Shown: piece after piece, positions 37,061-51,284 of the stretch
Layout of the letters: the number at the start of each line of letters is the position of its first letter
Numbering within the stretch: the first letter of the stretch is position 1
Source: Octopus sinensis
Lineage: Eukaryota
Length of the DNA stretch: 64,000 bases
Assembly (NCBI RefSeq): GCF_006345805.1
Contig: NC_042997.1
Coordinates: forward strand, 188,790,001 to 188,854,000
Reading direction: 5' to 3'
Position numbers and translations under genes: made by a program
The notes under the pieces: model-generated
The model's input: only the letters and a program-made list of their open reading frames with translations
What the model was told of the DNA's origin: nothing
Database searches by the model: none

Positions 37061-37129
37061 TTTGTGTGTGCGTGTGTGTATGTGTATATATACATGCATA
37101 CATATATATATACACATACATACATACAT

Positions 37130-37270
37130 ACATATCATCATCATTTTAATGACCACTTTTCCATGAAGTCATGGGTCAAACAGAGTCTATTGGGACAGAT
37201 TTCTATGGCTGGATGCCCTTCCTGTCACCAATCCTTACCTTTTTCCAAGCAAGGATTTTTTTCACATTCT
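37130..37270 (-). mobile_element. Old retroposon family E with a (GAT)n-type tail; further copies at about 43940-44180, 46190-46410, 48655-48780, 50220-50370 and (plus strand) 50620-50840
   Basis: The motif cacttttccatg...ttctatggctggatgcccttcct...ccaagcaagg recurs at each site. Confidence 0.7.
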
Positions 37271-37324
37271 CTCGAAAGTTTATAAATTCTTATTACATCA
37301 ACTATATGTATATATATATATGCA

Positions 37325-37491
37325 TAGGCATGGTTGTGTGGTAAGAGGCATGCTTCCCAACCACATGGTTCCAGGTTCAGTCCCACTCATGGCACCTTGG
37401 GCAAGTGTCTTCTACTATAGCCTCAGGCTGACTAAAGCCTTGTGAGTGGATTTGGTAGACAGAAACTGAAAGGAAGCCCATCGTGTATATA

Positions 37492-37533
<42 letters not shown>

Positions 37534-37755
37534 AATTTATGTGTATCTTTGCATCTGTGTTTGTTCCCCCATCACCACTTGACAACTGGTGTTGATATGT
37601 TTACATCACCATAAGTTAGCAGTTCGGCAAAAGAAAATAAGTAGTAGGCTTTAAAAAAAATCCTGTGGTTGATTTAGGTTAAAACACTTCGACTAAAACA
37701 CTTCAAAGTGGTGCTTCAGCATGGCCACAGTGAAATGACTGAAACAAGTAAAAGA

Positions 37756-37760
<5 letters not shown>
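37325..37760 (+). mobile_element. SINE family A
   Basis: Head, CORE-like block, internal (GT)n and tail tgactgaaacaagtaaaagaat. Confidence 0.88.
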
Positions 37761-37786
<26 letters not shown>

Positions 37787-37788
37787 AT

Positions 37789-37824
<36 letters not shown>

Positions 37825-37879
37825 TACATACATGGAGGGGGAGAGAGAGAGATTTGAAGAAATTCACTTTGTAATTTCA

Positions 37880-38110
37880 AGGCTCTAAATTTGACTCCCT
37901 TTAGAAAAATTTGGGCAATGATTTGTATTCTTCCAAAGAGATCCTTTCAAATGGAAAGTGTGCAGTTGTATATTCAATGAACTCTATTCTGAAGGCCCAT
38001 CATTGTCACCAGCTAAACAGAATTTTTTTAACTGAGGCGATGAAGGCACATCTCAGAATGCTTTCTCTAATGGGAGTTGTACAGCTTCCAACTTACAAAC
38101 GCTACTAGAG
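37880..38110 (+). pseudogene. Possible decayed Tc1/mariner transposase C-terminus
   Basis: tctaaatttgactcccttt..tttggg resembles SPDLNPLD..W, followed by NSILKA and a terminal NG-like block; heavily degraded. Confidence 0.3.
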
Positions 38111-40000
38111 AACAAATTCGGCTCTAAGACATAAAATTATTGCCCAAGGATCAATTTTGTAAATATATGTGAAAATATCTACTTGTAATCAATTACATAT
38201 TCAACCTACCTGAGCAGGTAATAGTGCCATCACAAAAAGTAAAATCAAGAACAACTAAAAACTGCATTTACCAACATTCGTTACATCCTATCACCAAGTT
38301 TCATCCAAATTCATGCAATAGTTATACTTTATGATTTTTATACTAGACTAACTGCATTTTCATCAAAATTTTTTATGTAAATCTAACACGATTAAGAAAT
38401 TTACATACAGAAAACTCTAGTTAAATAGCAATTATGTCAGTTGTCAAGCATGGCACAATTATGCTTTGATTTTATACTTTACATAGAAATATTAATCTGG
38501 ACAAACATGTGTATAAGTATAATTTAATAAAATCACTGCAAATACAAAACATTAAGATAACCTTCTGTTTGAATAGCAAGTGAATTGTCACTTAAACATA
38601 TTAAAATCAAACTATTGCTATGTTTGTTCATAACTTCAAAGTTTAAAAAAAAATCACAAGCTTACTCCAGCTAAGATTTCATTTAAATGGCCTGACCTTT
38701 GTCTGTCTGTAGGGTGTAGTAAAGTGAAATTCTATCCACTGAGTCAGCAATTGAGGGCACAAGGTGATTTGTAATTTGAGTACATTCTCAATAAAACAGG
38801 AAGACTTAAGTAAAAATTAACTTAAATTGAACTACCACTCCAGAAACGGAGATAATATTTTCAGGACAATGATTATACTAAGGTTTACAGTTTAATTTTT
38901 GTCCTAATCAAAATATGACAAAGAGAATCTATTACTGAAACGTTTAACACCATCAAATGAAAATATAGAGGTAAATATAGATAAGGTTGTGAAATTCTGA
39001 TGGTCCAGTTTCAGATCATAAGCTCTTCTTAACTTGAAGCTTTAAACCTAAATAATCTTTACAAGACTGAAAATAATTAATTGTATCAACTACTGTAAAG
39101 TGAAATTATAAATAATAACATTCTGTTAAGGTATGGAATTTTACTATGACATGAATGCAATAGCTGAATTAAAGCAAGCAGGAAATGAAACCAGACAGTG
39201 GATATCCAACTAGAGTATAACTTCCAACTAGAGTATAACTGTTAACCATAAATTTTTGTAATGATCACTATACAGTTGAAGAAAGCAGTATTTTTTTAAC
39301 ATTCTCATGCTATATCATTTTCCTTTTCACTGCTGCCTTCCATCTGGCAGAATAGTACATATTTTTTGGAAGGGTGTAGAAGTAATTATTTATTGTTCCA
39401 TTACACAAGAATGTTATTTTTAAGGAAAAATTTGTCCAAAATTTCTTCCATCTTCACACACACACACACACACAACACACAACACACACACACAGTCTGT
39501 TTCTCCTTTTGTCTGCAAAAATTGATAAAATGTTAATCTACAAGAGTAATAAAAATCAAACAATTGTATACTTCATGAAGTTTTTTCTTTTTTCCAAAAA
39601 AACTTTTAATGAATATTTTATTATTGTTATTGCTGTTATGTTTTTACCTTGCTAATAGAAAATCAATACATCAGCATTTTTCCATCTTAAAAGACAATGA
39701 AGATAGTGATCAGACTACTGCAGAAATAGTCTATTCTCTTCAGGACGCAAGCTTAGATAGTGTGTAGAGACGCTGAGTTACCAAGTCAAGATTTTTCTTT
39801 CAATATTACCAGAGGCATTTAGAGAAATGGAAGTATGAAGTTAAACAGCAGGAGCTGCCAAAGAGAAAGAATGAAAAGGAAAACGAAGAAACTGATATTG
39901 AAATGCTCATGTTGAAGGTGAAAATCTGTTTCTCATAAGGTTTTTCAAGATTTAAAAATCTCATCCTTTCTATTATTTTACTTAATTCCATCTAACTCAC

Positions 40001-40084
40001 CTCTTCATACCCATTCGTGTTACTAATTTATTTTACTCTCACTCTCCTAATCTTATTTTGGCAAAGAGCGGCTAAACACATATT
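40001..40084 (-). other. Candidate non-coding exon (84 nt)
   Basis: Minus-strand acceptor tttttttctttacattcctag|a and strong donor gag|gtgagt; stops in all three frames. Confidence 0.5.
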
Positions 40085-40519
40085 CTAGGAATGTAAAGAA
40101 AAAAAAACAGTCAGGGAAGAAATTCATATATTCCACACTTCAATGTGTTAATACATCATTAGTGATTGTATATAGCTGTATTAAACCTCATCTAATGCAA
40201 AAGAGCAATAATAATTGCACAGAACAAAAGTGGTCCAAAAGTGCTTAGTAAATATCTTATCTTATATACAGTCAATGTTAAAAATTGACAGCTTATAAAG
40301 CTGTTAAATTTCTAACAATGATATAACCTGAAATGGTATATATGTCAAGTGAATATAATACAAGACTTCTGGCTCTGACCACACACATATATACATCCTA
40401 GTATAGCAATTACTGTATCCCAGACAAAATATTTAACTTTACATATTTGAAAAGTCATACCTAAGAAATGAAGTAGTTGCCATATTATCAAAAATAAGTT
40501 ATTGTTGCTCTTTATCACC

Positions 40520-40890
40520 AGATCAGCCCTGATCAAGTAGACCTTTAATCGAAAGTATTCCAAATGTTCATAGCCTATCTTTTCCCAAAGCACAGCACTC
40601 AAGATCATATCCAATGTGTCCATCTTTAAGACAGTAAAGAGTGAGCTGAAGAAAGTTTGGCTGCTACATTTAGAAGATTAAATGACCATATAGAGGTTGG
40701 TTTATTGTCATTGTCTAGCCCAAAATCAGTCCTGATCCAGCACACCTATGATAAAAGGCAGTCAAGCTATGACCAAGAATATATTAGATAATATAGTTCA
40801 AGGTACCATGTACCTTGGATTGTATTATTTGATATACTCTTTTCTAAGACAGCTATAATTTCTTGCAAGTTGCTTGACCACATTGGGACT
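40520..40890 (+). repeat. Old interspersed repeat, two tandem degenerate units; relatives at about 34690-34810 (minus) and 61690-61880
   Basis: Shared cctgatc(a/c)ag..acct(t/a)t..aaag and tttggctgcta motifs. Confidence 0.5.
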
Positions 40891-42960
40891 CTTTAGTCTG
40901 TGGATTTGTTCTGTTCCCAGTTTTATTTACAGCAGAAATACTTTTGAGAAAGGGGCAAATACTATAGCTTCCAGATTTTGTCTTCCATATCTGTAAAGCC
41001 TAATATTTTTTTAAAGATCCCATTTTTAAGAAATATAAAGTTTAAGAAAGACAGCAGACATTGCATTTCCATAACATTTTGAATAATTTGTTATTCTTGA
41101 GCCCGATAAAGATATAACCTCAATCAAAGGAAATGTAATCAAAAAGGAGTGACAAATGACAGAGAAAGTACTTTTTCAGTAGCAATGCAACTCATAGTGT
41201 ATGAGGCCAGTACCAAAGAATAGAGGTAAGATCTTCACAAGTGGAGGGACTGTTAACCAGTTTTAATTTTAAGATGTAGCCTTTCATTTCACTTGACTAA
41301 TAATTTTGAGGAAAGCATGAACATCACACAATCTCATTTGGACTTACCCATAAAATTTGAAGTCTTGTGCTCATTCAAGGAATCAATATGTCCTGACTTA
41401 CTGTAACCGATAGTAAAGTGCTACACTACATATACCCAATATAGTAACTAGTTCGGTGTCTCCTATTTCTCAGTTCAACTCCAACATACAGCCTATGCTT
41501 CCATGCCTCAGAAATTGACAAAATAAATATCCTTAATATACTCTGATTGAGTCAATTAACTGAACCCCTTTCCTTTCACGTAGCTCTTACGACTAATGAA
41601 ACAAAATCAGTGTTATACTAACAAAGAAAATAAATTACGAAATTGTCAATAAATGAATAGTTAGACGATTGGTTGTAACCATTTCTAATTAACTGAAACA
41701 AATATATTTCTTTATCTTTTAAAAAAATTTTTTTTCATTAGTCTTTCTCAGAAAGATGAAGTAATTCATCTACAAAAGAAAAAAATAGACCAAATCTTTG
41801 AAATATTTAATCATCTCCATATACAATGTCATTGATTTTTCTAGAAAACAGATTAAAAACTTCATAATAGTCAAAAGATACAATAACTATAATAAAAATG
41901 TTTAAAAACACTAATTGTTTTTGTTTACTAACTGACGCCTAAAAATGTTTTTGGAGCATTTTCAAGGAAATACCAAGAAATATTTCAACTTCAAATTAAG
42001 AAAAATAAAAAAAAAATATTCTTAAATGTTATTAAATTTTAATTAAAACAGTGACTGTTCAAACAGCAAATTTCTCTTCTTAATGGTAATCAAGCAACAT
42101 GATTATGTATTCATTGCTCAGCAAAGTAAAAATCACAGTTCTTCAATATAGGAGCCTCTGCTCAGCTAATACAAATGGGAACTAAGTAATTGAAGGCTTT
42201 TATTATCAATATCTTCAATTTTAGCCAGTCAAGTATGATAAATACAATACACAATGCTAGCAGGAAGCACTAAACTCAATTACTTCTATGTTGTTTATTG
42301 ATTTTATCCCTGTCCACTGATATGATTAATATTAAGCTAGACTTACAGGATGGCCTGAGAAAAGTACAGATGAGAAGAAAACTATTTACTCAGATTCTTG
42401 CATGAAAAGCATTTGATACATTTCTGTGTGTAATTGTTTGTTTTCAGTCTTTTTCTATTTTTTTAAATTTTTAAGACTTAAGTAGCAATTACAAAACATT
42501 TCAAACTAAATGGCTTTTGCGTGGGTGTGTCTGTATCAAGATTAATTAACTAGCAATTAATTTGGAAATTATGTCACAAATATATTTTAGTAATAGTTAT
42601 GAAGTAGATAAATAACGTAGAATATATAGTATAATCACCCACTTCACTGCATACAACATGTGTAGAATAAAATCCATACACATACTGTTTCAATAATTTA
42701 TGGTCTTGTTCAAAATGGACAAAGGGTGTTTATATGCTTCTTGAAAGTATTATGTCATTATGACATAATTTCCATTTGAATTCAAATCTGAACTATTTTC
42801 ACTATGCCAGAAAAAGAAAATGAATTTAGAACAAAAATTATTAATAACTGACACCTATTATCTCTTCCCCTATCTTCCTCAAGTGAAAATATAACAAATT
42901 AATTAATTGGCTAGTTTTTCTATTACTCTATACCAACAATAGACAGAATTACTGAAACAG

Positions 42961-43193
42961 AGGGCAGCGAGCTGGCAGAATCGTTAGCACACTGGGCGAA
43001 ATGCTTAGCAGTATTTCGTCTGTCGCTACATTCTGAGTTCAAATTCCGCCGAGGTTGACTTTGCTTTTCGTCATTTTGGGGTTGATAAATTAAGTACCAG
43101 TTATGCACTGGGACTGATATAATCAACTTAATCCCTTTGTCTGTCCTTGTTTGTCCCCTCTATGTTTAGCCCCTTGTGGGCAATAAAGAAATA
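42961..43193 (+). mobile_element. Young SINE family B copy with a perfect 16-bp TSD
   Basis: agaattactgaaacag at 42945-42960 and 43194-43209; CpGs retained; head ggcagcgagctggcagaatcg. Confidence 0.93.
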
Positions 43194-43214
43194 AGAATTA
43201 CTGAAACAGGCATA

Positions 43215-43500
43215 GACTACAGCTATGCTAGGGCACCATCTTGAAGGATTTTAGTCAAACAAATAGACCCCAGTACTTATTCTTTCATTCAGTCTCTTTT
43301 TGCAAAACCACTAAGATGGAGGGATGTAAACAAACTAACACCATTTGTTAAGTAGAGGTGGGGGGACAAATGCAAAAACACACAACAGCTTTCTTTCAGT
43401 TTCTATCTACCAAATACCTTTACAAGGCTCTAGTTGGCTCAGGGTTATAGCAGAATACACTTGCTAAAGACACAAGCAGGAAGACTGAACCCCATTGATT
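43215..43500 (-). mobile_element. SINE family A, old
   Basis: gaccccagtacttattctt...ttctttcagtttctatctaccaaat. Confidence 0.7.
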
Positions 43501-44231
43501 GGAAGGTAAGCATAACTATTTCATTTTATTCTTGTCCCCTATCTTTCTCATATGAAATTAAATATCACAAATTAATTAAATGACTTTTTTTTTTATTACA
43601 GAAACAGGCTTGTCCATAAATATAGCACAAGTATATCATATTAATATAAAACAAATATGATATTAGTCGCAACTTATACCCCCACCCCAATATTCATTTT
43701 CATCTGCTTGCTTTCCTTAGAGGGAAAAAAATTAATGAAAAATAATTAAACTGCTTATACATAGATATAACAATATGTCAGCCACTAGAGTGAAAGGCCT
43801 TTATTCACACAATGATGACTGCAACAGTAAGTACACACATAATATGCTGGTTCAGATACAACAAGAAAAGTCATATATGTTACCTTGCATCTATATATGT
43901 ATTTATATTTCTGTGTGTATTTGTGTGTGTGTATGACTACTATCATCTTCATTTTAATGTCCTCTTTCTTATGCTTGTATGAGTTGAACAGAGTTCAATG
44001 AGGCAAATTTTCTATGACCAGATGCTCTTTCCGTGCTAACCCTCACCAGTTTCCAAAGAAGATATTTCCCCACTGGCCAGACATGTTTCCATAGAATGTT
44101 GGAAATGAATGAAGCTGCATGTATCACAGTGACATTCATTTACAAGTACCATGCAGTGTCAAAACAGGAGATACAAACATACAAGACATATGTATTATGT
44201 TAGGTATATCTACCAAAACCATCCATCCATA

Positions 44232-44490
44232 TCATCATCATCATCATCATCGTCATCGTTCAATATCCGTTTTCCATGCTAGGATGGGTTGGATGGTTCG
44301 ACCAGGGTCTGAGAAGCCAGAAGGGTGCACCAGGCTCCAGTCTGATCTGGCAGTGTTTCTACAGCTGGATGCCCTTCCTAACGCCAACCACCACGTGAGT
44401 GTAGTGGGTGCTTTTTACATGCCACCGGCACAGGTGCCAGGGGGGGCTAGTAACAGCCACGATTGGTTGGTGCTTTTTACGTGACACCGA
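44232..44490 (-). mobile_element. Retroposon family D, 3' end with (GAT)n tail
   Basis: (cat)n...ttccatgctaggatgggttgg...ggtgctttttacatgccaccggcac; near-identical to 45690-45935 and 63077-63352. Confidence 0.88.
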
Positions 44491-44537
44491 CATATAGATA
44501 ATATACACATACATATATGTGTGTGTATACATATATG

Positions 44538-44986
44538 CTCGGGCATGAAAGACTGACCATTATGTAAACCTCCTCAAGGAATGTGAAGACACAGGCTGGA
44601 AAGTGAAGCATTTTCCTATCAAAGTCAGATGTAGAGGATTTATTGAACACAGTGTTAGACGACTGTTGTTATTGTTAGGCCTAACTCATCGCAAAGTAAA
44701 TACTACCCTGACCGATACCCAAATTACAGTGCAAAAGGCTAGCCACTGGATTTGGCTAAAAAGAGATGATGAGCGATGGCTAGAATATTGAGCTTTATTT
44801 GATAACCAGTTGATCTAGCAAATGGGGCCTCATATCAGTGAGTGAAGGCCGGTGCGCATTGATGCTGTCAAGAGGTAGGCCCTGAAATGGCATGCATTCT
44901 CTCCTGATGACTCCATACACTTGCTGGTTTCTAGTATGCTGAGCTTTCGACTGGTAGCACTTGCATGTGCAAGTTGTTTACAGAAC
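44538..44986 (+). mobile_element. 3' fragment of a HERO-like (RLE) non-LTR retrotransposon
   Basis: KTDHYVNLLKECEDTGWKVKHFPIKVRCRGF...LLGL...VQKASHWIWLKRDDERW matches the FPIEVGCRGF...AS.WLW.KR C-terminus; stop at 44791, then a 3' UTR running into (TA)n. Confidence 0.85.
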
Positions 44987-45507
44987 ATTATATATATATA
45001 TATATATATATATACATACATCTATGTGTGTACATACATATATGTATATATGTATGTATGCATATATATGTATGTGTGTGCACATATATATTTATAGATA
45101 CATATATATGTAAGTATGTGTGTCATTTATATTAATTCACTGATTCATTCATGTCCATTTTCCTTGCTAACAACAGTGACACACATATATTGTTGAGGTA
45201 TTATTTCAGTGCCAGACACTCTTCCAGTTATCTAACACCTATTTCTCAAGTAGAAGACATCGTATTTCACACTCCTTGAAGGGCACAAAGCAATCAGACA
45301 ATTTGTTGACAGAAGTGACAACAAGTCCAAACGTTTGTAGCTTACAACTCCTGATGTACAAAAATGTAAACAAATACATGGATGATGGACTTTCTTTCAC
45401 TTCCTATGTACCAAATTCAGTCAAGGAGTTGTAATTATAAACATATGAAAAAACATGTACATGTGCGTGTATGCACACACACACATACACACATATATAC
45501 AATACAC

Positions 45508-45546
<39 letters not shown>

Positions 45547-45622
45547 CACACACACACACATATATATATATACATACACACACACACATATATACACACA
45601 CACACATATATATATATATATG

Positions 45623-45658
<36 letters not shown>

Positions 45659-45689
45659 TGTATGTATGTATGTATGTGTGTATGTTTGT

Positions 45690-45935
45690 ATCATCATCAT
45701 CGTTTAGCGTCCGCTTTCCATGGTGGCATGGGTTGGACGGTGCAACTGGGGTCTGGGAAGCCAGAAGGCTGCACCAGGCCCAGTCTGAACTGGCAATGTT
45801 TCTACAGCTGGATGCCTTCCTAACGCCAACCATTCCATGAGTGTAGTGGGTGCTTTTTACGTGCCACCAGCACAGGTGCCAGACGAGACTGGCAAACGGC
45901 CACGATCGGATGGTGCTTTTTACGTGCCACCGGCA
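45690..45935 (-). mobile_element. Retroposon family D, 3' end
   Basis: Colinear with 44232-44490. Confidence 0.88.
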
Positions 45936-46003
45936 CATACCTTTTACATTCAATTATAATAAAAAAAAGATTTACATTAATTTGAAGGGTTAAAGTACAA
46001 ATC

Positions 46004-46125
46004 ATTCTTAAACAGGAATATTATTGACAGTAACTTTGAAGTTTTGTCCAGCTAAGCATCATCGGGCAATGGCTCAGCTGGAGCAAACTTTGAAGCCACT
46101 GTCAATAATATTCTTATTTAAGAAT
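46004..46125. repeat. Long inverted repeat (50-nt arms, 42/50 complementary, 22-nt spacer)
   Basis: Arms at 46004-46053 and 46076-46125, aligned by hand. Confidence 0.92.
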
Positions 46126-46414
46126 TATATACATACATATATATATAGATAATTATATACACATTTATACATATTTATCATAACTCACTGTTTTAACAAC
46201 CACTTTTCTATGCTTGCATGGATCAAAGTTTATTGAGACAGGTTTTCTATGGCTGGATGCCCTTCTTATTATTGCCAACTGTCACCTGTTTTCAAGCAAG
46301 GTAATTTTTCCCCATGGTCAGACATGTTTTTGCAGAATATTGGAAATGAATGACACAGCTTGTAAACAGTGATGCATATTTACAACTCATCACCAAAGTC
46401 AAGACAAAGATACA

Positions 46415-46448
<34 letters not shown>

Positions 46449-46532
46449 CTTTGATACTTTGATACTTTGATAGGTTTCGGCCATTATTGGCCCAGGCCAT
46501 GTCTAACTTAATAGCACCACCTGGTGAAGTGG

Positions 46533-47628
<1,096 letters not shown>

Positions 47629-48045
47629 TGATGGACTTCTTTCAGCTTCTGTCTGCCATATCTCTACCTACAAGGCTTTAATCAGTCTTTTTTAATTATC
47701 TGCCTTTTATAAGAAAATAAATGTAATTATGGGAAAAGAAACAGTCATAAAGAAGAATTGTTAATATCCATGATGACACATATGTCAAAGATAATGCAAT
47801 CTCAGACATCCTATTTCCATCGCCTGATACAACATTGTGAATTTTTTTTTTAAGAAATACAATAACTCTTGTAATGTACTTCAGAATAATGTAAGTACCC
47901 TTTCACAGAATAACTATCTGAACATTATTCTTCATATACAGTGTATCAAACAAAGAATATATATATTTGAATGTGATCCAATGATGGAACCGAAATATGT
48001 GTTACATCCTGCCAGACAGTTATACTGTTCACATTCATGCTAGAG

Positions 48046-48295
48046 CAGGGGTCCCCCACTACTGGACTGCAGACCAGTGAGTGCCAGGCCACACACAAAG
48101 AATACCTCCTTTAAATTTTGTTTCTATTTTATTGATTATTGCAGTCTGCAGTGTGCCTTTGTATTATATATGTAATAATTAAATTATATATTATGCACTT
48201 CATTGTGTTTTTTTGTGAGTCACTCTTGGTCCATGGATAAAAATTGCCTTGCATAAAACCAATCTATGGTGCAAAAAAATGGTTAAGAACTACTG
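48046..48295. mobile_element. hAT Charlie/MER1-like MITE, degenerate
   Basis: CAGGGGTCCCC ... ggtgcaaaaaaatggttaagaactaCTG; TSD not preserved. Confidence 0.65.
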
Positions 48296-48905
48296 TATTA
48301 GTTCTTAATACTGGTCTACCATACTGTTTGCAACACCTTTTTACAAGAATTTAAATGTCCTTAAGATATTAATTAATACACTGCATCATACATTTCATAC
48401 ATTTTTTCTTCTTTTACTTATTTCATTAGAGAAATAACAAAATTTCAACAAATATCCTGCCTTATCTGTAGCTACTACGTTTTTGGCCAAGTTGGCTTTC
48501 AACCAATTTGTCCTTTGGATAGTATGCTTTTGACAAATGTGTTTTAGATGAATATTCTTAAACCCAACACGACTAAGAGCAGACATTACATTTTAATCTT
48601 ACAGAAGTCATTACAATTTTTTCAGACTTCTTCTGTATCAGATTCATCTATTTGTTTTCACAACCATCTTCCATACCAGCATGGGCTAGATAAATATATT
48701 ATTGAAGGCTTCTTCCATAGGAGAATGTGCTTCCTGTTGCTAACCCTTATGTATTTTCCAAGTAAGAAATATCTTATTCCTTTAATACTTTAAAGGTGCA
48801 AAGCCAGTGAATAAATCACTGACAGGAGAACTGATAACAACATCAATATTTGTACTTGAAGGACTTTTGGAAGAGGAAAAATGTAAACAAATACACAAAC
48901 ATATA

Positions 48906-48945
<40 letters not shown>

Positions 48946-49036
48946 CACACACATTTACATATTTGTGTGTAGATATATATATATATATATATATATATGT
49001 CGCCTGTTATGTTCTTGTTCCATTTTTTCTTTTTTA

Positions 49037-49072
<36 letters not shown>

Positions 49073-49819
49073 TCACACGTACATATATAAACATATATAT
49101 AACACGCATGCACACATACACACATATATATATGTATACACACACGCATGCATATATATATATATATGTAAATATACATACACACACACACACATATATA
49201 TATATACACACACACACATATATGTGCATATATATATACATACATAGATGCATGTACATTCATGTGTATATATAATTATATGCATATACATGCATACATA
49301 TTCATACATACACACACATACATGACTATCCCTGTCTGTCCCCTTCATAACCCACACTAATCCCTTCCCTTTCACCACTCTCTTCCATAACCCACCACCA
49401 CCACCATTATTGTCTACAATTACTCTTTCCACTACTACCCTCTCACCAACTATAAAACTGCTCCTCTTGTAATATTTACTCCTCCACCCAACCCTATTTA
49501 CCAGCCTACCCAAAAATATTGCACAATATCCCATTCTCTTTCAGTTGCTTTTGCCAATTACACGGCTGCTGCAACAAAATTAGCACCAAACACACTCTGC
49601 AAAGTGGTTGTCATTAAGAAGGACATCAAGTCATAGAAACTGAAAAGCCATGCCAACGGATATTGAAGCATAACATAGTCAGTCTTCTGACTCATCAGAT
49701 TTTGTTAAGCAGTCCAACCTATGTCAGCACGTACATATATATATATATTATATATACTAACATTTTCTACTATACTATATATATACTCTCTCTCTCTCTT
49801 TCTTATGACTGAATGAAAT

Positions 49820-50205
49820 AGGCTGTGTAGTAGGAAGCTTGCTTACCAACCACATAATTCTGGGTTCAGTCCCACTGCATGGCACCTTAGGCAAATGTCT
49901 TCTACTCCTCAGGCCAACCAAAGCCTTGTGAGAGGATTTGGTAGATGGAAACTATAAGAAGCCCATTGTGTGTGTGTGTGTGTGTGTCTTTGAGTCTGTA
50001 TTTGTCCCCAACCACTGCTTGGCAACCAGTGTCGGTCTGTTTACACCCCTGTGACTTAGCAGTTTGATTGAAGAGACCAGTAGAATAAGTACCAGGCTTA
50101 ACAGAAAATTAATGGGGTTGATTCATCCGACTACAAATTTCTCAAGGGTGTGCCCCAGCATGATTGCAATCTGGTGACTGAAACAAGTTAAAAGAATAAA
50201 AGAAA
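49820..50205 (+). mobile_element. SINE family A
   Basis: ggctgtgtagtaggaagcttgcttaccaaccac...tgactgaaacaagttaaaagaat. Confidence 0.88.
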
Positions 50206-50384
50206 AAATATATATATATCATCATTATCATTGTTTCCACTTCCATTTTTCCATGCTTGCATGGTTAGACACAATTCATAAATTGAGGACCAACAACACT
50301 GCTTGTGAGGTGGTAACACTTATTTACAACTATCATGCAATGCCAAAACAAGGAGACAGAGGCACACACATGCATGCACACACA

Positions 50385-50540
50385 ACAGGCTTCTTCCAGT
50401 TTCCATCAATAAATCCTCTCACAAAGATTTGGTCAGCCCAGGGCTGTAATACAGAACATTTGCCCAAGACACTGAACAGGAACTGAACCTGAAACCATGT
50501 GGATTTGGAAACAAACTTTTTAACCATTCAGTCATACTGC
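50385..50540 (-). mobile_element. SINE family A, 5' half, inverted relative to 49820-50205
   Basis: ggcttcttccagtttccatc...ttgcccaag...actgaacctgaaaccatgtgg. Confidence 0.75.
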
Positions 50541-50584
50541 CATCCCTCACACCCACATGTACATGTATGTACATGTGGGTGTGA

Positions 50585-50623
<39 letters not shown>

Positions 50624-51229
50624 TACCTCCCTATGTTGACATTGCATGATAGATGCAAACTGCATCACTGTTATATAAGCAGTGTCCAGCTTCCAGGGAA
50701 ATATTACCTAGCTTGGAAACAGAGGAGAGTTGATGACAGGAAGAGCATCTGGTCATACAAAAATCTGCTTCAAGAAGTTCTGTCTGACCTATGCAAGCAT
50801 GGAAAAGTGGACAATAAAAAGTTGATGATGAAGATGATGTATATTTACATAAATATATATAAATATAATAAATACATGCATACATTTATATACATAGAAA
50901 TATATCCATATATTTATTACATATAAATGAATATATATATATTTATATATGTGTGTATTTATGTATGCATAGACATATATAAGATTCTTTATGCATATAA
51001 ATAATATGCATACAAATATATATAATATATATAATGTACATAAATTGTATGTATAATATATATACACTTGTATATATAATGTATAATTGCATGTATACAA
51101 TATATAATATAAAAATGTATGTGTATACATATGTACTTAAGTATGCGTATATGAGTGTGTGTGTGTGTGTGCAATTATAATATTGTATACAATACATATA
51201 TTAGATATCTAAATATATATGCAAATATG

Positions 51230-51281
<52 letters not shown>

Positions 51282-51284
<3 letters not shown>

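Noticed and set aside
40086-40104. ggaatgtaaagaa similarity to miR-1
   Set aside because: The match stops after 13 nt, there is no hairpin partner, and it is better explained as a minus-strand polypyrimidine tract.
46471-46510. Minus-strand ggcc-aataat-ggcc-GAAAC
   Set aside because: Stem II and GAAAC are present, but there is no catalytic core or stem III.
47971-48008. Hammerhead-like ccaatgatggaaccgaaatatgtgtta
   Set aside because: The core CCAAUGA lacks U4 and G5, and stem II is too short; at most a relic.
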